Below, piece by piece: positions 6,901 through 12,955 of a stretch of 12,955 nt of DNA. Source of the stretch: an uncultured archaeon (lineage in GTDB: Archaea > Asgardarchaeota > Heimdallarchaeia > Heimdallarchaeales > Heimdallarchaeaceae); the NCBI GenBank assembly GCA_964590855.1, contig CAZPXJ010000081.1, forward strand, positions 1 to 12,955, written 5' to 3'. The notes beneath the pieces are model-generated. The model made no database searches and was not told the DNA's origin. It saw only the letters and a program-made list of their open reading frames with translations. Positions within the stretch are counted from its first letter, which is position 1, and each line of letters starts with the position of its first letter. Both the position numbers and the translations under genes were made by a program.

Positions 6901-7001
6901 CAAAGAAAAAACACTAAACCATTCTTTAATTCTTTCTGTTATCGTCGAAATAAAGATTTATTAGCGGTTCGCATTTAGAAGGACTTAAGTGAGGAATTTA
7001 A

Positions 7002-8933
7002 ATGGATGTAGTTCTATTCAAGGGAACATTACAAAATGCCGATATAACTTTCGGATTACTGACTAAAAAGAAAGCATTAGTCTTTGAAAAAGGAGGAAAG
7101 TATCTTCTCCCCAAAGATAGAAGCGGTAAAGTTATTGAACTTCCAGATCAGGTTGATTTAACTAAAGTTAAGAAAGAAACCAAAGAGACAGATAAAGCCC
7201 TGGAAATCTATCTTAACCATCGAGATTTAGCTGCAACAACTTTTGGCGGTCTTTTAATTGAGTATTATATCAAAGAAAAAGTAAGCGTTGAAACAATTTT
7301 AGAAGGATTGGATGCAGAAGGAAAGAAGTTCATTAAACCAATTTACGATCAAATTTTAAAAGTAGCTTATTACAAACGAGGAGCATCTTTTCCAGATTAT
7401 TTCAAAGAAGCTAAGGTGATCACCAGATATGCAATGATGGATTTAGAATTAGTTTTTGGTACATTAGTAAAGGATTTTGGAAGTTTCTTGTTCAAAGAAG
7501 CAAAGCCAGTTTCAATCTACCCTCTCCGTTATTCTACACGAGAAATAACGGAAGAAGATTTAGATAAAATGGAAGATCTCTATGCAGCGAAGATTGAACA
7601 ATGGATGAAATGGAGAAAAGTTCTAAGAAAGTCTGAATTTCTTTATAATTTCATGATACACTGGGTATTTCAAGTTCTAGAAAATCTTTACCCTGAGGAT
7701 CAAGAAGCTATCAAAGAAACAATCGAAGATGCAGAAAGAATAGAGTTGTTCAGCAATCCAGATGTTTTAACCGCTATCCAAACTGGACAAAATTTTGAAG
7801 CAGAAGACTTTTCTAAAGTGAGTCTGAACAAACATCTTCTCTATTATTATTCCATGCAGTATACTTTTGATGAGAAAGAATTAACATTCAAAAAATACCA
7901 ACAAACACCAAGTTTTGGTTACCAAGACATCTTCATTTCAATGGCAAATTTCTATGCTTCAATGCCCATATTTGCAAATTTCAATCCTCTATTCTCAATG
8001 ATTACGGGGGGATTAATAGAGTGGATTGAGCAGGGTTTACCTTTCCAGGCAATGCGTGGAAACCAACAGATGGATCCTTATAATATCATTCCTAATGCAT
8101 TATCCTTTCTTTTATCAATTGTAGGATCTCAATCAAATAAGCTGAAGGAAAAGAAGTACATATTGATCAAAACTATTCAAAAATTACTAACTCAAGATAA
8201 ACTCAAAGAAGGATTATCCTGGGTTAAACAATCCCAAATAGCTTTTCAAGGAAAAGATCCGGAGAAGTTCTCTACTGAAGTAACTGATGAAGAAGTAGTA
8301 GAAAAACTGAAAGAAATTGATGAAAAAGTTAAGGAGTACATCAAAGAGCTGAAAGTTGCTCCTGTTAAAAAGAAGGAATTCAATTTACTAATTGATGAAC
8401 TAGCCATTGTTGATAAAACCTATGAAGAGATGAAAGATGAAAGAGACAAACACCTTTTAGTGGATGCTAAATATAAGAAAAATTTAACTGATTTTCAGAA
8501 AGATTTCCTCTTATCAATGCAATTGTTTGAGAAAGATAAAGGCGTTTTGAACGAAATTTCTAATCTGTTTGAGTTCTTCAATCATTATACAATAATTGGA
8601 AATACAACTGCTTTGTATGGATTCGCTATCATACTTTGGATGATTACAATCTCAAAGAAAGGATCTCTTGATTGGTTGAAAATCGAGGAACCAGCGACTA
8701 TCAAAGCTAAAGATGAGAGCAAAATTTTAGCTCGAACTTGTATAAGGTTCAACACCATAATTCAAGGCTTTCTCATCAAAGGATATCCTTTGATTGAAAC
8801 AACCGCTCCGACACTAATTATTCAAGCAACACAGAATCTGAGTGAGTTTATACTTGCAAAAGATACAGCTAAAGAGAAAAAACATCCTATATACGTAGAG
8901 GTGCTCAAGAACTTAAAGAGCATCTACGCCTAA
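7002..8933 (+). CDS. Hypothetical protein, 643 aa, no recognisable family. It has a beta-rich N-terminus, a large helical region, a K/E-rich coiled-coil segment and 2-4 hydrophobic helices.
   Basis: A long uninterrupted ORF with an ATG start, preceded by a GAGGA Shine-Dalgarno-like element (6991-6995, 6 nt spacing). A T5-C-T5 tract (8934-8944) follows directly after the stop. No P-loop, metal-binding or catalytic signature seen. Hydrophobic segments lie at about residues 305-340, 360-376 and 533-551. The charged heptad-like region spans about residues 420-520. Confidence 0.7.
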   Translation: MDVVLFKGTLQNADITFGLLTKKKALVFEKGGKYLLPKDRSGKVIELPDQVDLTKVKKETKETDKALEIYLNHRDLAATTFGGLLIEYYIKEKVSVETILEGLDAEGKKFIKPIYDQILKVAYYKRGASFPDYFKEAKVITRYAMMDLELVFGTLVKDFGSFLFKEAKPVSIYPLRYSTREITEEDLDKMEDLYAAKIEQWMKWRKVLRKSEFLYNFMIHWVFQVLENLYPEDQEAIKETIEDAERIELFSNPDVLTAIQTGQNFEAEDFSKVSLNKHLLYYYSMQYTFDEKELTFKKYQQTPSFGYQDIFISMANFYASMPIFANFNPLFSMITGGLIEWIEQGLPFQAMRGNQQMDPYNIIPNALSFLLSIVGSQSNKLKEKKYILIKTIQKLLTQDKLKEGLSWVKQSQIAFQGKDPEKFSTEVTDEEVVEKLKEIDEKVKEYIKELKVAPVKKKEFNLLIDELAIVDKTYEEMKDERDKHLLVDAKYKKNLTDFQKDFLLSMQLFEKDKGVLNEISNLFEFFNHYTIIGNTTALYGFAIILWMITISKKGSLDWLKIEEPATIKAKDESKILARTCIRFNTIIQGFLIKGYPLIETTAPTLIIQATQNLSEFILAKDTAKEKKHPIYVEVLKNLKSIYA

Positions 8934-8944
8934 TTTTTCTTTTT
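8934..8944 (+). terminator. Oligo-T terminator tract (T5-C-T5) after the 643-aa ORF.
   Basis: Starts immediately after the stop at 8931-8933 and lies upstream of the next gene's TATA-like box. Confidence 0.45.
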
Positions 8945-8960
8945 CCGCACAAATAAAAGG

Positions 8961-8968
8961 TTTATTAA
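8961..8968 (+). promoter_or_regulatory. TATA-box-like element (TTTATTAA) for the AEC permease.
   Basis: Centred about 26 nt upstream of ATG 8991, with no SD. Confidence 0.45.
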
Positions 8969-8990
8969 CCAAATTTCGTTTGCTCTGTCA

Positions 8991-10043
8991 ATGGCACTTC
9001 ATTATCTAGCAGAACTTGCAATTCGAATAGCAATAATCTATGCTGGGATTGCTGGAGGATTTCTACTACAAAGATGGTCCAAAGCTGAAAAAGTTGGTAA
9101 ATGGCTATTGTTTGTTGGTATAAATATTCTCTCTCCTGCACTTCTCATTGTAGTTTTTCTAGATATGGATACAGGTTCACTAACAAGTCTCAATTGGTGG
9201 TTCATAGTTTTAGTCACAACTCTCGGAATGGCTTTTTCCATGATCATTGATTGGCTTATGATTAGAAAGAAGAAAAAAGATCTTCCTTGCCAAACTATCG
9301 GTGCAGAGATAAATACTACAGGTTTCATGAATGCGTTATTCTTTCCTTTTCCAATAATTATTGGAATTATGTCTGGTAATATGCTCGCAGAAGGATTACT
9401 AGCTGCGTCTCTCTACCTTATTGTACAAACATTTTATCGAAACACAATTGGTGTTTATTTTGGTTTACATTTTGGTTCTACTGAACAGAAATCAATTTGG
9501 AAAATAGTCAAGGGATTGTTACTCTTTCCGCCTACAATAGGTATGGTAGTAGGACTAATTTTACGATTTTCAATTGGACAAATTACTATAGCTCACCATT
9601 TAGCAGATTTTCTAACTTCAGATATAACAACATTAACAGATTTGAACAGTATTTCTTTAGGATTCTTTTCTCTAGGTGACCATTTAGCAGTATCAATTTT
9701 TCAAGATGTTTCCATGGTGATAATGCTTGCTCTAGTAGGTTTAAGCTTCAAATTACCTAAGAAAGAAGAATGGAAACAAGTAGCTATTTTCAGACAATCC
9801 ATAGCCCGATTTGGAGGAGGTATGTTAGTGGTAATAATTCTCTTTTTCTTACCTATCCCAGCTGGTATGATTGTTGCAATGGCCATTCAATCCTTAGCTC
9901 CTCCAGCTGTTGCTAATACAGCTTATGCAAAATACTTCAATCTAGATGAAGTTGTTACAAGTAGATCAATTGCTTTGTTAACTTTGATAGCACTTATTGT
10001 TCTGCCTGCTGAAATTGTTTTTCTGGTCTGGTGGATGGGTTAA
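8991..10043 (+). CDS. AEC-family (auxin efflux carrier / Mem_trans, PF03547-like) permease, about 10 TM.
   Basis: The N-terminal block IAGGFLLQRWSKAEKVGKWLLFVGINILSPALLIVVF and the C-terminal block AIQSLAPPAVANTAYAKYFNLDEVVTSRSIALLTLIALIVLP match the conserved ends of AEC transporters. A central basic loop (RKKKKD) separates two hydrophobic halves. TTTATTAA at 8961-8968 is centred about 26 nt upstream of the ATG, with no SD. Confidence 0.7.
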   Translation: MALHYLAELAIRIAIIYAGIAGGFLLQRWSKAEKVGKWLLFVGINILSPALLIVVFLDMDTGSLTSLNWWFIVLVTTLGMAFSMIIDWLMIRKKKKDLPCQTIGAEINTTGFMNALFFPFPIIIGIMSGNMLAEGLLAASLYLIVQTFYRNTIGVYFGLHFGSTEQKSIWKIVKGLLLFPPTIGMVVGLILRFSIGQITIAHHLADFLTSDITTLTDLNSISLGFFSLGDHLAVSIFQDVSMVIMLALVGLSFKLPKKEEWKQVAIFRQSIARFGGGMLVVIILFFLPIPAGMIVAMAIQSLAPPAVANTAYAKYFNLDEVVTSRSIALLTLIALIVLPAEIVFLVWWMG

Positions 10044-10062
10044 GTCGTGTTCAAACACATCA

Positions 10063-10070
10063 TTTTATAA
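10063..10070 (+). promoter_or_regulatory. TATA-box-like element (TTTTATAA) for the korAB transcription unit.
   Basis: About 54 nt upstream of ATG 10121. This implies a roughly 25-30 nt leader carrying the AGGAG at 10109-10113. Confidence 0.4.
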
Positions 10071-10120
10071 GTTGTTAATATCTTGAGCTGTTAGCGTTTA
10101 AACTCGCTAGGAGACGCTCA

Positions 10121-11869
10121 ATGACAAAGGATGTAATTATTCGATTTGTGGGTAGCGCAGGAGACGGTTTAGTGTCCTTAGGAGACCTTTTTAGCAAGAT
10201 TCTCAAAAAACACAATTTTAACGTTCTTGGATTCAGAAGTTATCAATCTGTTATACGTGGTGGATATAACGAATATCAAATTCGAGCTTCAACTGATGAA
10301 GTTCTTTCCATCGGTGAAGATGCGGACATCATTGTCCTCCTTAACAACCATGTTGCAGGTATCCACAAATCAAGGGTAAACGCAGACGCAATGGTGATTT
10401 ATGATAATGATTACATTGATTTGGATGTGTTGGATTATCGCGAGGATATTATCAAACTTCCAATACCTTTAGCAGCGATTACTAAAGATATCTCGAAATT
10501 AAAAGTTCTGAAAAACATTGTAGGTTTCGGTGCAATCAGTCAAATTCTAAACTTAGATGAAGTACTGATAAAAGAAGTAATTTTCGAACAATTTGGAGAC
10601 AAAGGGGAAGAAGTTATTCTTACCAATTTTGAAGCTTTAGAGAAGGGAGGTATTTTTGCTACAGAGAACAACTGGCCAATTAAATGGGAGAAACTTAAGT
10701 ACGAGAAAGCTCAACAGATGATTATTTCAGGGAATGAAGCTATAGCACTAGGAATGATTGCTGCTGGTTTAAAATTCTATTCTGGATACCCCATGACCCC
10801 AGCAACATCAATTGTTCACTACTTGACAAAACATCTACCTATACTAGGTATGATTGTGAAACAAACTGAGGATGAAATCGCTGCTATAGGTATGGCAATA
10901 GGTGCAGCTTATTGCGGTGCTCGAGCAGCTACTGGTACTTCAGGTGGAGGTTTCAGTTTGATGTCAGAGTTAGTAGGAATGGCGGGGATAGAAGAAATTC
11001 CTTTGGTTGTAATCAACTCTCAAAGAGCTGGTCCTTCTACTGGTATGGCTACAAAAACTGAGCAAGCTGATCTCTTCCAAGCATACGGAATAAGTCAAGG
11101 AGAATTTCCTAAAGTGATAATAGCCCCAAGTTCTGTTATAGAAGCTTTCCAAGCGGGAATTGATGCAGTTGAAATTGCTGAGAAATATCAAGTAGTAGTT
11201 ATTGTTCTGTTAGATTTATACTTGTCAGAGCATATAGAAACAGTTAGGAAATTTGATTTAGAAAGAAAGAATCAACGGTTTGGGATTTTGGACAAACCTG
11301 ATGACGATTATATTAGATACAAAATTACTGAAACTGGTGTTTCAAATAGAACACTTCCTGGTACAAAAAATGGTATGTTTTTCACTGGTTCTAGTGAGAG
11401 AAATGAAAGAGGAACTTCAATTGCTTCAACTCTAGCAGGATTACCCGAGACACTTCCTATAAGAGAAGAGATGGTTAAGAAAAGAATGCGTAAACTGGAC
11501 TATATCTTAGAAGAATTAGAGGTACCAAAAATTTTCGGTGAAGAAGAAGCACTTATCACACTTGTCTCGTGGGGATCTACTAAGTATATTGTAAGAGACG
11601 CTATCAAGCTTCTAAAAGAAGAAGGAATTATTACAAACCAATTACACATCAAAACTATCAATCCTTTTCATACAAAAGAAACTAGAACGCTCCTAGAAAA
11701 TTCTAAAGAAGTACTTTGCATAGAGCAGAATTTCACTGGTCAAATGAGTAATTATATCAGAATGAAAACAGGATTCGATATCAAGTATAATCTTCGACGT
11801 TGGGATGGAGAACCAATAGTACCGTCACAAATTATAGCGAAAGTTAAAGAGGTGTTGAACAATGAGTAA
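10121..11869 (+). CDS. korA: 2-oxoacid:ferredoxin oxidoreductase, large subunit (fused gamma-like plus alpha domains).
   Basis: The N-terminal roughly 185 aa is gamma-subunit-like (FVGSAGDGLVSLGDLFSKIL). It is followed by the alpha domain GNEAIALGMIAAGLKFYSGYPMTPATSI (the YPITP-type motif), TEDEIAAIGMAIGAAYCGARAATGTSGGGFSLM and INSQRAGPSTGMATKTEQADL. AGGAG (10109-10113) lies 7 nt upstream of the ATG. The symbol denotes the family; 2-oxoglutarate specificity is not shown. Confidence 0.9.
   Translation: MTKDVIIRFVGSAGDGLVSLGDLFSKILKKHNFNVLGFRSYQSVIRGGYNEYQIRASTDEVLSIGEDADIIVLLNNHVAGIHKSRVNADAMVIYDNDYIDLDVLDYREDIIKLPIPLAAITKDISKLKVLKNIVGFGAISQILNLDEVLIKEVIFEQFGDKGEEVILTNFEALEKGGIFATENNWPIKWEKLKYEKAQQMIISGNEAIALGMIAAGLKFYSGYPMTPATSIVHYLTKHLPILGMIVKQTEDEIAAIGMAIGAAYCGARAATGTSGGGFSLMSELVGMAGIEEIPLVVINSQRAGPSTGMATKTEQADLFQAYGISQGEFPKVIIAPSSVIEAFQAGIDAVEIAEKYQVVVIVLLDLYLSEHIETVRKFDLERKNQRFGILDKPDDDYIRYKITETGVSNRTLPGTKNGMFFTGSSERNERGTSIASTLAGLPETLPIREEMVKKRMRKLDYILEELEVPKIFGEEEALITLVSWGSTKYIVRDAIKLLKEEGIITNQLHIKTINPFHTKETRTLLENSKEVLCIEQNFTGQMSNYIRMKTGFDIKYNLRRWDGEPIVPSQIIAKVKEVLNNE
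11848..11854 (+). promoter_or_regulatory. Shine-Dalgarno element (AGAGGTG) for korB, inside the korA 3' end.
   Basis: GAGGTG is complementary to the conserved 16S 3' end (..CACCUCC), lies 7 nt from the ATG, and pairs with the 8-nt stop/start overlap. Together these suggest translational coupling. Confidence 0.55.
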
Positions 11870-12752
11870 GGATTTTAATTTTACAATAAAAGATTATGAA
11901 AGTAATTTTAAACCTACATGGTGTCCAGGATGTGGGAATTTTTCGCAATGGCGAGCTATCCGACAAGCTCTAATAGAACTAGAACTTCCTCCTGAAGAAG
12001 TAGTAGCAGTTAGTGGTATTGGGTGTTCTTCACATATGCCTAATTTTCTGAATGTTTATGGACTGCAAACTGTTCATGGACGAGGAATTCCTGTTGCTAC
12101 CGGTATAAGATTAGCTAATCCTAAACTAACTGTATTAGTTTATGGTGGAGATGGAGATATTTACGGAATAGGAGGTAACCACTTTATTCATGCTTGTAGA
12201 CGAAATGTGGACATCATTACCATTGTTTCCAATAATTTTGTTTATGGATTAACAACTGGTCAAGCAAGTCCTACAACACCCGTAGGTACTATAACTCGAA
12301 CCACTCCACGAGGGTCCATTGAGAATCCTATTCATCCAATCGCTTTAGCAATTTCAGCTGGTGCTACATTCGTAGCTAGAGGTTTTTCTGGTGATTTACA
12401 ACATCTTACTTACATAATCAAAGAAGCCATTGCTCATCGTGGTTTTGCATTTGTAGATGTATTTAGTCCTTGTATAACTTTCAACAAAAAACAAACCTTC
12501 AATTACTTCAGAGAAAAGGTTTACAAAGTTGAAGAAACTGATCATGATAAAGAAGACTTCTATGCAGCTTTAGACCTTTCGAATCAAAGATTCATCAAGA
12601 ATAATTTACCTATTGGAATCTTCTACCAAATTGAAAATAAAACAACATACGAGGAGAGAGATTTTACACTAAATCAAGGTGTGATCCCTGCCCAAGCTCC
12701 TTTGGATCTGAGCAAAGAACAGATTGAAATAATCACTAAGGAGTTCTACTAA
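11862..12752 (+). CDS. korB: 2-oxoacid:ferredoxin oxidoreductase, beta (TPP-binding) subunit.
   Basis: WC21PGC24GNF, GIGC55SS and SPC204ITF give the four-Cys pattern of the single [4Fe-4S] cluster in two-subunit OFORs. The TPP motif is G95DGD ... N124N125. The start overlaps the korA stop by 8 nt (ATGAGTAA). AGAGGTG (11848-11854) lies 7 nt upstream of the ATG. Confidence 0.92.
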   Translation: MSKDFNFTIKDYESNFKPTWCPGCGNFSQWRAIRQALIELELPPEEVVAVSGIGCSSHMPNFLNVYGLQTVHGRGIPVATGIRLANPKLTVLVYGGDGDIYGIGGNHFIHACRRNVDIITIVSNNFVYGLTTGQASPTTPVGTITRTTPRGSIENPIHPIALAISAGATFVARGFSGDLQHLTYIIKEAIAHRGFAFVDVFSPCITFNKKQTFNYFREKVYKVEETDHDKEDFYAALDLSNQRFIKNNLPIGIFYQIENKTTYEERDFTLNQGVIPAQAPLDLSKEQIEIITKEFY

Positions 12753-12787
12753 ATGTTTTCCATTGAAGATGAAAAAGAGGGATAATA

Positions 12788-12955
12788 ATGGAAATAAGTA
12801 AACAAGAAATAACTAAGTTAGTTGTGTCAGTAGTTTTACTGGTAACAGTTGTAGGACTTACTATGGGTTTTGCTCAAGGTACAGTCGCTGGTGAAACACA
12901 AGAAGCTTTGCATGAAGCAACCCTTCACTGTTTTTATGATAATGGTACCAACCAG
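12788..12955 (+). CDS. Hypothetical secreted or membrane-anchored protein, 3'-truncated by the window edge.
   Basis: ATG at 12788 with GAGGG (12777-12781) upstream. The frame is open to the window end (56 codons): MEISKQEITKLVVSVVLLVTVVGLTMGFAQGTVAGETQEALHEATLHCFYDNGTNQ. That is a charged n-region, a roughly 19-aa hydrophobic core and a small-residue AQG site, so it looks like a signal peptide or signal anchor. It lies only 35 nt after korB with no T-tract between them. Confidence 0.5.
   Translation, partial: MEISKQEITKLVVSVVLLVTVVGLTMGFAQGTVAGETQEALHEATLHCFYDNGTNQ

Noticed and set aside
6921-6962. Tandem 8-mer ATTCTTTA/ATTCTTTC (6921-6936) and the AT-only palindrome AATAAA-GA-TTTATT (6949-6962) in the divergent DinB-like / 643-aa promoter region.
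   Set aside because: These are low-complexity A/T motifs in an AT-rich intergenic region. They are plausibly just TATA-like sequence for the two divergent promoters. No second copy occurs elsewhere in the window to suggest a regulator-binding site.
9264-9280. Purine tract agaaagaagaaaaaaga (encoding RKKKKD), considered as a possible slippery or phase-variable site in the permease gene.
   Set aside because: The longest homopolymer is only A6. The tract encodes a sensible cytoplasmic basic loop between the two transporter halves, and no alternative-frame product is apparent.
9038-9886. ORFs 9038-9328 (-), 9497-9679 (+) and 9701-9886 (-) within the AEC permease gene.
   Set aside because: They are antisense or off-frame shadows of a membrane-protein gene. 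The main frame shows the conserved AEC N- and C-terminal blocks.
10085-10119. Nested short inverted repeats in the korA leader (GAGC...GCTC; tAGCG-tttaaact-CGCTa) that touch the AGGAG SD.
   Set aside because: The stems are only 4-5 bp with no compensatory evidence. That size is expected by chance and is unlikely to be stable in AT-rich RNA. It is not enough to call a riboswitch or attenuator.
10970-11191. 73-aa ORF antisense to korA.
   Set aside because: It lies within the most conserved part of the OFOR alpha domain, so it is a shadow ORF.
12753-12785. 10-codon micro-ORF (MFSIEDEKEG) that starts on the nucleotide after the korB stop.
   Set aside because: It is too short to evaluate. The same bases supply the GAGGG SD for the ATG at 12788, which is the simpler explanation. 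A re-initiation uORF cannot be excluded, but nothing supports it.
1-12955. Search for CRISPR repeats, tRNA/rRNA genes, long direct or inverted repeats, and transposon ends.
   Set aside because: Every spacer is 120 nt or shorter and is accounted for by promoter and terminator sequence. I saw no periodic repeat-spacer pattern or cloverleaf-capable GC-rich segment. A by-eye search cannot exclude short dispersed repeats, so a self-dotplot would settle this.

Overview
Visibly AT-rich, gene-dense segment with 12 protein-coding genes, the first and last cut by the window edges. Spacers are 18-120 nt. I found no rRNA, tRNA, CRISPR array or long repeat. The signals look archaeal: TATA-like boxes sit about 26-29 nt upstream of several start codons, oligo-T tracts follow stop codons, and there is a two-subunit 2-oxoacid:ferredoxin oxidoreductase. 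The composition and gene content resemble an Asgard/Lokiarchaeia-type genome, but I cannot verify that without a search. Left to right: the 3' part of a serine recombinase (+); a 146-aa Met-rich orphan (-); an Eis-type three-domain GNAT acetyltransferase (-); an S9 prolyl-oligopeptidase/acylaminoacyl-peptidase (-); a PlsY-family membrane acyltransferase homolog (+); a fold-type-I PLP aminotransferase (-); a DinB/ClbS-like four-helix-bundle protein (-); a 643-aa orphan (+); an AEC-family permease (+); fused gamma-alpha and beta subunits of the oxidoreductase (+,+, 8-nt overlap); and the 5' end of a signal-peptide protein (+). I do not see a convincing multi-gene novel system. The best candidates for something undescribed are the 643-aa orphan (7002-8933), the bacterial-type PlsY homolog with altered motif 1 in an archaeal-looking context, and the recombinase / Met-rich orphan / Eis-like trio at the left edge, which may be the border of an integrated element. 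All family calls rest on motifs read by eye. None has been checked against a database.
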